This document shows, one piece after another, positions 55,733 through 64,000 of a stretch of DNA of 64,000 bases (positions are counted from its first letter, which is position 1; each line of letters starts with the position of its first letter). Under the pieces are notes generated by a model. The model was given only the letters and a program-made list of their open reading frames with translations, did not search any database and was not told the DNA's origin. The stretch is from Rhodospirillaceae bacterium (GTDB lineage Bacteria; Pseudomonadota; Alphaproteobacteria; GCA-2731375): positions 3,164 through 67,163 of the forward strand of contig JABIWH010000012.1 in the NCBI GenBank assembly GCA_018701215.1. Reading direction: 5' to 3'. The position numbers and the translations under genes were made by a program.

Positions 55733-56443
55733 GTGGAAATGCTGAATACCGCAATGATCCTGGCCGCCGGTCTGGGCAGCCGCATGGGTGCCTTGACCGA
55801 GACACGGCCAAAACCGCTGCTTGAAGTCGGTGGCCGCGCCATCATTGATCGGGTGCTGGACCACTTGGTCGATGCGGGCGTCAGGCGCGCCGTGGTCAAT
55901 TTGCACCATGGCGCCGCGCTCTTGCGCCAACATCTGAACCGCCGCAAAGATCTGACGATCGAATTCTCGGACGAGAGCGATGGCCTGATGAATACCGGCG
56001 GCGGCGTGGCCAAGGCGCTGCCGTTGCTTGGCGCGGGGCCATTCTTTGTCATCAACGGCGATGTCATGTGGCTGAACGGCATGCGCAACACTCTGGCCGC
56101 CCTGGCGGCCCGGTTTCAGCCTGAACAAATATCCGCCTTGCTGTTGATGCAGCCGACGGTCGGCGCCGTCGGCTATGGCGGGGTGGGAGATTTCGGCATG
56201 CTGCCCGACGGCCGATTGTACCGCCGCCCGGAAAACGAGGTCGCGCCGTTTATCCATGCCGGCATCCAGATCCTAGCACCGTCATTGTTCCTGGACTGCC
56301 CCAAGGCGCCATTTTCGCTCAACCGGATCTATGATCAGGCAGCCGGTCAGGGCCGCTTGTACGGTTTGCGGCACGAAGGCCAATGGATGGAGCTAAACCG
56401 CCCCGAGGGGCTGGCCGCGGCCGAAAGCGCCCTGGAGGTCTAG
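55733..56443 (+). CDS. nucleotidyltransferase family protein (MurU / sugar-1-phosphate nucleotidylyltransferase-like)
   Basis: AMILAAGLGSRMG...PKPLL glycosyltransferase-A-like NTP-transferase motif. Its position upstream of addB matches alphaproteobacterial synteny. Confidence 0.8.
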   Translation: MEMLNTAMILAAGLGSRMGALTETRPKPLLEVGGRAIIDRVLDHLVDAGVRRAVVNLHHGAALLRQHLNRRKDLTIEFSDESDGLMNTGGGVAKALPLLGAGPFFVINGDVMWLNGMRNTLAALAARFQPEQISALLLMQPTVGAVGYGGVGDFGMLPDGRLYRRPENEVAPFIHAGIQILAPSLFLDCPKAPFSLNRIYDQAAGQGRLYGLRHEGQWMELNRPEGLAAAESALEV

Positions 56444-56447
56444 GGCA

Positions 56448-59390
56448 ATGGCTGGCGAGGCCCATGTTTTCAACATCGCCGCCGGCGACGGCTTTTCCGA
56501 CCGCCTGGTCGAGGGCCTGCTGCTGCGTTATGGCGGCGATCCACTGACCATGAACCGGGTCACTCTGCTGCTGCCGACCCGGCGCGGCATGCGGGCGGTG
56601 CGCGATGCTTTTCTGCGCCAGACGGGCGGGCGGGCCATGCTGTTGCCACGCATGCAGGCAATCGGCGATGTGGACGAGGAAGAATTGTTGTTTGATCCCG
56701 CCTTCGATGCATTGCACGGCGGCGAGCTGTTGGAGCTGCCGCCGGCGATAACCGGCCTGCGCCGCCAACTTTTGCTGTTGCATCTGATTGCCCGCCACCG
56801 CGGCATCGACCCGGCCCAGGCAGCCCCCCTGGCCCGGGAATTGGCGGATCTGTTGGACCGTTTGCAGACCGAGGATGTGCCCCTATCGGCGCTGGAAGAT
56901 CTGGTGCCGGACGACCTGGCGGCCCATTGGCAGCAAACCTTGGAGTTCCTCAATCTGTTGGCGGCGCCCTGGCGGGCCTTGTTGGCGGCGGAAGGCTGCA
57001 TGGACCAAAGCGCCCGGCGCAATGTATTGCTGCGGGCACAGGCGGAGCGCTGGCGTCTTGCACCGCCGCAAGACCCGGTCATTGTCGCCGGCTCCACCGG
57101 TTCCATTCCCGCCACCGCCGCTCTCATCGCCGTGGTGGCGCATCTGCCCCAGGGCGCGGTGGTGCTACCCGGACTGGATATGTTCTCGAACGAAACGGCC
57201 TGGTCGGCGGTGGATCAGAGCCACGCACAATTCGGCCTGTGCCAATTGCTGCAGCGGATCGGCGTGGATCGGACCGGCGTGCAGCCCTGGCGGGGTGCTG
57301 CGGACGAGAGCCCGCGCCACCATTTGCTGCGCGAAGCCCTGCGCCCGACCGAAACGACGGAGCAATGGCGCCAGCTGCCGGCGCTGGATGCCACTGCCGC
57401 CGCCGGTCTGGTGCGCATTGACTGCGCCGACGCCATCGAAGAAGCCGGGGTGATCGCATTGTCTCTGCGCCGGGCGTTGGAGACAGCGGGGCGTAGCGCG
57501 GCCCTGATCACGCCTGACCGTGGCCTGGCTAGGCGGGTGGCGGTGGAGATGAAACGTTGGGGCGTCGCGGTCGATGATTCCGCCGGCCTGCCTCTGGCCA
57601 GCACCCCGGCGGGTTCCTTCCTGCGCCTGACGGCGGAAATGCTGGGCAGCGCGCTGGACCCGATCGATTTGCTGGCGACATTGAAACACCCCTTGGCCCT
57701 GGCTGGGCGCGAGGCCGGCGCCCTGAAGGCCGCAGCGCGGGATATTGACCGCCATGCCCTGCGCGGGCCGCGCCCGGGCCCGGGCTTTGACGGTTTGGCG
57801 GCGGCGATGGCGGCGGCCCGCCATATGACGGACCGGGCCAGGACATTGCTGGATGATTTGACCCGGCATGGGACAGAAGCATTGTCATTGTCTGGGCGGG
57901 AGGCGGTTGATTTAACGGATTTACTGTCGGCCCATGTTCGCTTCGCAGAATGGCTGGCAACGGACCGGGACGGCCAATGCCATCTCTGGGCCGGTGATGG
58001 AGGCGAAGCCGCCATGCGCTTCATCGCCGATCTGCTGACCGCCGCCGCTGGCTTGCCGGTAATGGCGGCGGGCGGCTACGCCAGCCTGTTGAACAATTTG
58101 ATGGTCGGACAGGTGATCCGTCCGGCCTTTGGGCTGCATCCACGCCTGCATATCTGGGGCCCCTTGGAAGCGCGCCTGCAACAGGCGGATCTGGTAATTC
58201 TGGGCGGCCTGAACGAAGGCACCTGGCCGGCGGGCGCCGAGGCCGACGCCTGGCTGAGCCGTCCCATGGCCGCCAAGCTGGGCCTGGCCGCGCCGGAGCG
58301 GCGGATCGGTCTGGCCGCGCATGATTTTGCCCAGGCTGCCTGTGGCACTGAGGTCATTCTGACCCGCGCCGCAAAAGTAGATGGTACACCATCGGTGCCC
58401 TCGCGCTGGCTGTTGCGGTTGGAGCAGGTGCTGACAGCCGCCGGATTGACGCTGGCGCGAAAACCGGCGGACGAACTGCGCGCCTGGCAGGAGCAATTGG
58501 ATGCCGCCCCTGGCCCGCCCCGGCCCATACAAGCGCCCGAATGCCGCCCGCCACTGGCCGCCCGGCCCCGGCAGATGTCCGTGACCCAGGTGGAAACCTG
58601 GATCCGCGACCCTTATGGCGTTTATGCCCGCCGCATACTTGGCTTGCGCGCCCTGGACCCCATCGCCGCCGATCCTTCGGCTGCCGACTACGGCAACGCC
58701 GTGCACCAGGCACTGGAGATGTTCGCCCGGGAATATCCCGATGAAATCCCAGCCGACGCCGATGCCGCTCTGCTGAGCATGGGACGCAAGGCCTTTGGCG
58801 AAATGCTCAACCGTCCTGGCGTCCGCGCTTTTTGGTGGCCGCGCTTTCAACGTATCGCAGCCTGGTTCCTGGCCCAAGAGGGCGAACGCCGCCCCGGCAT
58901 TCTGCCCCTGGCGACCGAGGCCAAGGGCAGCTTGGTATTGCCGGGCCCAGCAGGGTCCTTTGAATTGACCGCGATCGCCGACCGCATCGACCGCCTGGCG
59001 GACGGCAGCCTGGGCATCATCGACTACAAAACCGGCGTGGCGCCGCGCGAGAGCGAGCTGCTGCGTGGCGACGCGCCGCAATTGCCGCTTGAAGCCGCCA
59101 TTGCGCAGTCTGGCGGTTTCAATGATGTGCCCGGCACGCCCGTCTCTACCTTGAGCTACTGGCGGGTTTCGGGCGGGCGCCAAGCGGGCGAGATCAGGGA
59201 TATCAAGGCCGATGGCGGCGATCTGGCGGAGCAGGCCCGGCAAGGCTTGATCAATCTAATCGCGCATTTCGATGATCCGGAAACCGCCTATCGCTCCCGC
59301 CCCCGCCCGGCCATCGCGCCGCGTTTTTCCGACTACGACCATCTGGCCCGGATCAAGGAATGGTCCGCCGGCGGCCCCGGCGATTTTTAG
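56448..59390 (+). CDS. addB: double-strand break repair protein AddB (alphaproteobacterial type)
   Basis: 980 aa with a C-terminal PD-(D/E)xK nuclease region (GIIDYKTG) and an inactivated helicase-like N-terminal domain. It lies immediately upstream of addA. Confidence 0.85.
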   Translation: MAGEAHVFNIAAGDGFSDRLVEGLLLRYGGDPLTMNRVTLLLPTRRGMRAVRDAFLRQTGGRAMLLPRMQAIGDVDEEELLFDPAFDALHGGELLELPPAITGLRRQLLLLHLIARHRGIDPAQAAPLARELADLLDRLQTEDVPLSALEDLVPDDLAAHWQQTLEFLNLLAAPWRALLAAEGCMDQSARRNVLLRAQAERWRLAPPQDPVIVAGSTGSIPATAALIAVVAHLPQGAVVLPGLDMFSNETAWSAVDQSHAQFGLCQLLQRIGVDRTGVQPWRGAADESPRHHLLREALRPTETTEQWRQLPALDATAAAGLVRIDCADAIEEAGVIALSLRRALETAGRSAALITPDRGLARRVAVEMKRWGVAVDDSAGLPLASTPAGSFLRLTAEMLGSALDPIDLLATLKHPLALAGREAGALKAAARDIDRHALRGPRPGPGFDGLAAAMAAARHMTDRARTLLDDLTRHGTEALSLSGREAVDLTDLLSAHVRFAEWLATDRDGQCHLWAGDGGEAAMRFIADLLTAAAGLPVMAAGGYASLLNNLMVGQVIRPAFGLHPRLHIWGPLEARLQQADLVILGGLNEGTWPAGAEADAWLSRPMAAKLGLAAPERRIGLAAHDFAQAACGTEVILTRAAKVDGTPSVPSRWLLRLEQVLTAAGLTLARKPADELRAWQEQLDAAPGPPRPIQAPECRPPLAARPRQMSVTQVETWIRDPYGVYARRILGLRALDPIAADPSAADYGNAVHQALEMFAREYPDEIPADADAALLSMGRKAFGEMLNRPGVRAFWWPRFQRIAAWFLAQEGERRPGILPLATEAKGSLVLPGPAGSFELTAIADRIDRLADGSLGIIDYKTGVAPRESELLRGDAPQLPLEAAIAQSGGFNDVPGTPVSTLSYWRVSGGRQAGEIRDIKADGGDLAEQARQGLINLIAHFDDPETAYRSRPRPAIAPRFSDYDHLARIKEWSAGGPGDF

Positions 59391-59403
59391 GGCGATTTCT
59401 GGT

Positions 59404-62400
59404 ATGCGCGCCACCGATCAACAACGCCTGGCCGCCGACCCCGGCGCTTCCGTCTGGGTAACCGCATCGGCGGGAACCGGCAAGACCCATGTCCTAACCG
59501 ACCGGGTGCTGCGCCTGTTGTTACGGGATTGCCCGCCCGAACGCATTTTGTGCCTGACCTTCACCAAGGCGGCGGCGGCGGAAATGGCCAACCGCCTGCA
59601 CCAAAGATTGGGCGCCTGGGCCGTGGCCGATGACGCCACGCTGTCCCAGGCGTTGATGGACCTGACCGGCCAGAGTTTCGAGGCCCAGGACATGAACCTG
59701 GCCCGGCGCCTGTTTGCCCGTGTGCTGGATACGCCCGGCGGCCTGAAGGTGCAGACCATTCATTCTTTTTGCGAGGCCCTGCTGCGCCGTTTTCCCCTGG
59801 AGGCCCGCCTGGCGCCGCATTTCCAGGTCATGGACGAACGGCAGGCGGATGAGATCCTGCAAGGGGCACTGGAAAGTATCCTGGAACAGGACGCTTTGAC
59901 CCCCGCACCGCTGGTCGCGGAATTGACCGCCCTGGTGGATCAGGAGACCTTCAAGGGCTTGATGGCCAATCTCTCGTCTGATCGGGGGCGGTTGCAACGG
60001 CTGCTCGATCAACCCGGTGGCCTGGACGGTTTGCTGGCCAGCATGCGCCAGAGCCTTGGCCTAGGTGAAGACGAGGGTGAATTGGCAATTTTGAACGCGG
60101 CCGCCGATCCAAACAATTTTGATGGCCCTGGATTGCTGCGCCTGGCGCAACAGATGTTGCAAGGCGGCAAGCTTGAAATGCGCCACGGCCAGGCCATCGC
60201 CGATTGGCATGGCGCGCCCGAGACGCGGGTAGCGCGCTTCGATACCTATCTGGCGGGCTTTTTCACCAAGGACGGCCAGGGCACGCCCTATGCCAAACCG
60301 CTGACCAAGAAGAGCATGGAGACTATTCCGGACGGCCTGGATATCCTGGGCGAGGAGTGTCTGCGTCTGGAGGATGTCCGCCAGCGGCGCAATGCCGTGC
60401 GGGTGGCCGCCGCCACGGAATTGCTGTTGCGTCTGGGTGCGCGGCTGATCGCGGCCTATCAACGCGAAAAGGACCGCCTGGCCCTGCTGGATTACGATGA
60501 CCTGGTCTTAAAGGCCGGCTATCTGCTGTCGGTAGGCAGCAGTACCGAATGGGTGCTCTACAAACTGGACGGTGGTCTGGATCACATCCTGATTGACGAA
60601 GCCCAGGACACCAATCCCGAACAATGGCAGGTGGTCCGCACCTTGGCCGATGAATTCTTCACCGGTGACGGTGCCTATGAAGATGGCGATGACAGCCTCA
60701 TGGGTACACCCCGGACCTTGTTCGCAGTGGGCGATGTAAAGCAATCCATCTACAGCTTTCAACGCGCCGACCCGGCCGCCTTTCAGGCCATGCGCAATCA
60801 TTTCGCGGCCCGCGTGGGCGCTGCCAAACGACGCTGGCATCCGGTGGAGCTGGCGCTGTCCTTCCGCTCGACCCCGGCGGTACTGGAGGCGGTCAACGCC
60901 ATCTTCGCCGACCCAGAAGCCAGCGACGGCCTGATTTTTGCCGATAACGAAGCCGTCCGCCATATTCCCAACCGCGCCACGGATGCCGGATTGGTGGAGA
61001 TCTGGCCGACCGAGCAGCCGGAAACCGTCGAAGAACAGCCTGCCTGGGCCCCGCCAACCGAACAGCGCTACCAGGACAGTCCCGTGGCGCGCCTGGCCAG
61101 GCGGATCGCCAAGCAGGTTGAAGAATGGCTGCAACAGAAGGAAATGCTGGTCGCCCAGGGCCGCCCTATCGGCCCCGGCGATATTCTGATCCTGGTGCAG
61201 CGCCGCGCCAATTTTGTCGAGGCCATGGTCCGCGCCCTGAAACGCCGGGGCATTCCCGTCGCCGGCGTCGACCGCATGGTCCTGACCGAGCAATTGGCAG
61301 TCATGGATCTGATCGCCCTGGGCCGCTTCCTGTTGTTGCCGGAAGATGATTTGAACCTCGCCGTGGTCCTGAAAGGCCCACTGATCGGCTGGGACGACGA
61401 CAAGCTGTTTGCCCTGGCCCATGGCCGCCGAGGCAGCCTGTGGGATGCCTTGCGGGAGCACGGGGCGAATGGGGAAGATCCGGCCTATACCGCATTGTCC
61501 GAATTGCTGGCAAAGGTCGACTTCGCACCGCCATTCGAATTGTTTGCCGAGTTACTGGGCGCGGGTGGGGGCCGGCGGCGCATCCTGGCGCGCCTGGGCC
61601 CGGATGCCAACGACCCCATCAACGAATTCCTCGATCTCGCATTGTCCTATGAGCGTGATCATGCGCCCAGCCTGCAAGGCTTTCTGCACTGGCTGGAGCG
61701 CGGCGAGACCCAGATCAAGCGGGATTTGGACCAGGGGCAGGATCAAGTCCGGGTGATGACCGTACATGGCGCCAAGGGCCTGGAGGCGCCTATTGTCTTT
61801 CTGGCGGATACCGTGCGGGCGCCGGACAAAACGCCGGCTCTATTGTGGCCGCGAAGCCAAAATGATCAGCATGATCAACATGATCAACGGGGCGGCGCAA
61901 CACCCTTGTGGGCGCCGATCCGCGCCATGGAAGAAGAGGTCATGCGCCAGGCCCGCGCGCAGGCCGAACAGGACCGGGACCGGGAATACCGCCGTCTGTT
62001 CTATGTCGCCCTGACGCGGGCGGCGGAGCGGCTGTATATCTGCGGTTTTGAAGGCAAAAGCGGACGCAAGGATCATTGTTGGTACGAAATGGCCTGGCGA
62101 ACCCTGGACAGCATGCCCGAAATCGAGCGGCCGGCGGAATTGAATGGCGGCCTGCGCCTGGCCAACCCGCAGACCTCGGAGGTGCGCCCAGGGCCCATCC
62201 CGGCGCCGCCAACACTGCACGGCCTGCCCAGTTGGGCCGGCCAGCCCGCGCCCATGGAGCCGGTCCCCCCCCGGCCCCTGGCGCCTTCGCGCCCCGATGG
62301 GCCGGAGCCCAGCGTGGCCAGCCCTCTGGGCGAAGACGGCCAAGCCCGCTTCCAGCGCGGCAATCATATCCACCGTCTGTTGCAAACCCTGCCGGATTTG

Positions 62401-62838
62401 GCGGAAAATCAACGCGAAGAGGCCGCCGCACGCTATCTTGCCCTGCCCGCACATGTGCTGGATCAGGCGCAACAGGCTGAAATATTGGCCGAAACCATGG
62501 CGGTGTTGCGGCATCCTGATTTTGCCGCGATTTTTAGCCCGGATGCCAGGGCGGAGGTGCCCTTGACGGCATTATTGTCGGGACGGGTGGTCAGCGGCCA
62601 AGTGGATCGTCTGCTGGTGACCGATTCGGAAATCCTGCTGATCGACTACAAAACCAACCGTCCGCCGCCAAAATCGGTTGCCGACGTCGATATTACCTAT
62701 TTGCGGCAACTGGCTGGTTACCACGCTATTCTACAGGAAATTTACCCTGAAAAATCAATATATTGCGCGCTTTTGTGGACGATGGACGCGAACTTAATGG
62801 CGATCGATGGGGCAATTTTAAAGGCATATGCGCCTTGA
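59404..62838 (+). CDS. addA: double-strand break repair helicase AddA (UvrD-like helicase-nuclease)
   Basis: Walker A (ASAGTGKTHVL), UvrD helicase motifs and a C-terminal nuclease (IDYKTNRPP). The start is trimmed to MRATDQQRL..., 13 nt after the addB stop. Confidence 0.9.
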   Translation: MRATDQQRLAADPGASVWVTASAGTGKTHVLTDRVLRLLLRDCPPERILCLTFTKAAAAEMANRLHQRLGAWAVADDATLSQALMDLTGQSFEAQDMNLARRLFARVLDTPGGLKVQTIHSFCEALLRRFPLEARLAPHFQVMDERQADEILQGALESILEQDALTPAPLVAELTALVDQETFKGLMANLSSDRGRLQRLLDQPGGLDGLLASMRQSLGLGEDEGELAILNAAADPNNFDGPGLLRLAQQMLQGGKLEMRHGQAIADWHGAPETRVARFDTYLAGFFTKDGQGTPYAKPLTKKSMETIPDGLDILGEECLRLEDVRQRRNAVRVAAATELLLRLGARLIAAYQREKDRLALLDYDDLVLKAGYLLSVGSSTEWVLYKLDGGLDHILIDEAQDTNPEQWQVVRTLADEFFTGDGAYEDGDDSLMGTPRTLFAVGDVKQSIYSFQRADPAAFQAMRNHFAARVGAAKRRWHPVELALSFRSTPAVLEAVNAIFADPEASDGLIFADNEAVRHIPNRATDAGLVEIWPTEQPETVEEQPAWAPPTEQRYQDSPVARLARRIAKQVEEWLQQKEMLVAQGRPIGPGDILILVQRRANFVEAMVRALKRRGIPVAGVDRMVLTEQLAVMDLIALGRFLLLPEDDLNLAVVLKGPLIGWDDDKLFALAHGRRGSLWDALREHGANGEDPAYTALSELLAKVDFAPPFELFAELLGAGGGRRRILARLGPDANDPINEFLDLALSYERDHAPSLQGFLHWLERGETQIKRDLDQGQDQVRVMTVHGAKGLEAPIVFLADTVRAPDKTPALLWPRSQNDQHDQHDQRGGATPLWAPIRAMEEEVMRQARAQAEQDRDREYRRLFYVALTRAAERLYICGFEGKSGRKDHCWYEMAWRTLDSMPEIERPAELNGGLRLANPQTSEVRPGPIPAPPTLHGLPSWAGQPAPMEPVPPRPLAPSRPDGPEPSVASPLGEDGQARFQRGNHIHRLLQTLPDLAENQREEAAARYLALPAHVLDQAQQAEILAETMAVLRHPDFAAIFSPDARAEVPLTALLSGRVVSGQVDRLLVTDSEILLIDYKTNRPPPKSVADVDITYLRQLAGYHAILQEIYPEKSIYCALLWTMDANLMAIDGAILKAYAP

Positions 62839-63027
62839 CGCGTCGGGTCGGGCTACCTACCCTTTTAGACTAAGGTGAATTATTGACGCAGCGTAAGGAC
62901 GGGTGCTATGAACCCGCCGCTTTTGGGCTGCGCGGTAATAAATACGCGAGAATAGTGACGCGAGAATAATGACACGGCAATTAGTACGCAGCGATAAGAG
63001 CGCTGCAAAGAAGAATTGGAAAAGACC

Positions 63028-63348
63028 ATGACCACGAAACCCGTCTCCGACGACTCGTTCGAAAGCGACGTACTGAACGCCGAAGGGCCGGTGGTGGTGG
63101 ATTTCTGGGCTGAATGGTGCGGCCCCTGTAAACAGATCGCCCCAGCCCTGGAAGACATCGCAGCCGAGCTGGGCGACAAGGTCACGATCGCCAAGGTCAA
63201 TATCGACGACAATCCCTCCATTCCGGCAAAATATGGTGTGCGTGGCATTCCCACCTTGATGTTGTTCAAGGACGGTGAAGTCGCCTCCATGAAGGTTGGT
63301 GCCTTGCCCAAGGGCAAGATCCAGGAATGGATAGAGGAATCGATCTAG
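63028..63348 (+). CDS. trxA: thioredoxin
   Basis: WCGPCK active site in a ~106-aa protein. Its position after addA is conserved in alphaproteobacteria. Confidence 0.9.
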   Translation: MTTKPVSDDSFESDVLNAEGPVVVDFWAEWCGPCKQIAPALEDIAAELGDKVTIAKVNIDDNPSIPAKYGVRGIPTLMLFKDGEVASMKVGALPKGKIQEWIEESI

Positions 63349-63377
63349 CCCGTTTCCCAAAGCGCCGCTCGGACGGC

Positions 63378-64000
63378 TCAGGCCGGTTTCAACTCGTCTT
63401 GCGGGTCGGTAGCCAGAACGCTGCCAACCAAGTGCAGCGTGCCGCAAATCAGCACCCTGGGTGCCGCGCTGCCCGTGCAGTCGGCCATGATACGCGCCAG
63501 CGCGTCCGCCACGCCATCGACGGGTGCCGCATCCAGACCCTGTCCACGTGCCGCCCTGACGATATCTCCAGGCGCCATGGCCGCGCCTTCGTCGGCTATG
63601 CCGACCGCATGTAGTTTCGGCGCCAAGGTTCGAAATGGCGCCAGGAAGCCGGCCGCATCCTTGTTCCGCAACATTCCCATGATCAAATGTAACCGCCTGG
63701 GCGTTTCGTCCCGTGCCTGCCAGTCTTGCATGGTTTGGGCCAGGGCCTCGCCGGCGCCGGGGTTATGACCGCTGTCCAGCCATAGCTCGCCGTCCGGAAC
63801 CAGTTGATCATACAATGGACCCTGGCGGAGACGCTGCAAGCGGCCGGGCCAGTGCACCTTGCTCAGGCCGGCGGCCATATTGGCCATGGACACGGAAAAC
63901 CCGAGCAAGTTTTGCAGGCAGGCCAGGGCAAGGCCGGCGTTTTGCACCTGATGCAGTCCCGCCAGGGCCGGCATGGGCAGTTGCAGCACACCCTTGTCTG
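63378..64000 (-). CDS. folC: bifunctional folylpolyglutamate synthase/dihydrofolate synthase, C-terminal part (5' end beyond window)
   Basis: Mur-ligase C-terminal-domain pattern (GRLQRL...LWLDSGHNPGAGEAL...ICGTLHLVG). The ORF is open to the window edge. Confidence 0.7.
   Translation of the reverse strand, partial: DKGVLQLPMPALAGLHQVQNAGLALACLQNLLGFSVSMANMAAGLSKVHWPGRLQRLRQGPLYDQLVPDGELWLDSGHNPGAGEALAQTMQDWQARDETPRRLHLIMGMLRNKDAAGFLAPFRTLAPKLHAVGIADEGAAMAPGDIVRAARGQGLDAAPVDGVADALARIMADCTGSAAPRVLICGTLHLVGSVLATDPQDELKPA

Noticed and set aside
1-64000. Search for tRNA/rRNA genes, CRISPR arrays, and IS, transposase or integrase genes
   Set aside because: No cloverleaf-like conserved tRNA boxes, no rRNA-like segments and no regularly spaced direct repeats were seen. 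There were also no DDE-transposase or tyrosine-recombinase-like ORFs. The only repeats are the three palindromic elements and short intragenic tandem repeats.

Overview
This is a high-GC (~65%) window of bacterial chromosome. The gene content points to an alphaproteobacterium, possibly Rhodospirillales-like, although this is inference. The supporting genes are addB/addA followed by trxA and a partial folC, a DUF1127 mini-protein, an Omp25/RopB-like porin, a SARP/TolB-N/TPR regulator, and asd.

Most genes encode CoA-thioester catabolism. There are five FadE-type acyl-CoA dehydrogenases (three are close paralogs), three SCP-x/Ltp-type thiolases (two paired with a DUF35 Zn-ribbon OB-fold partner), an acyl-CoA ligase, two enoyl-CoA hydratases and an MFE-2-like SDR. 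A tight minus-strand operon (about 7985-15556) adds a UbiD-family decarboxylase, a ThDP-dependent 2-oxoacid decarboxylase/acetolactate-synthase-like enzyme, an SDR and an FAD monooxygenase. It is divergent from a cytoplasmically oriented, membrane-anchored DMSO-reductase-family molybdoenzyme (15677-20061) whose FeS subunit is fused to an NrfD/DmsC-like anchor. I read this as a candidate Mo-dependent acyl-CoA alpha-oxidation system, like phenylacetyl-CoA:acceptor oxidoreductase (PadBCD).

The items most worth a second look are:
- an ArsM/AS3MT-like methyltransferase gene (39063-39839) whose only 'stop' is an in-frame TGA at exactly the catalytic-cysteine position (candidate selenoprotein);
- a 2-kb low-GC island (20062-22099) encoding a small membrane-anchored protein plus a protein with a C-terminal Mrr/PD-(D/E)xK nuclease domain (candidate defence module);
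- a ~95-nt conserved palindromic intergenic element present three times (23058-23155, 53701-53797, 54094-54180);
- a secreted mini-protein built from four tandem 'C-x-x-CNPCAAKK' repeats (53294-53551);
- an untracked 49-aa ORF lying between two copies of the element (53798-53947);
- a ~300-bp tract of about 20% GC (36465-36770).

I saw no rRNA, tRNA, CRISPR array, transposase or integrase. The many ORFs antisense to, or frame-shifted from, the genes listed are high-GC artefacts.
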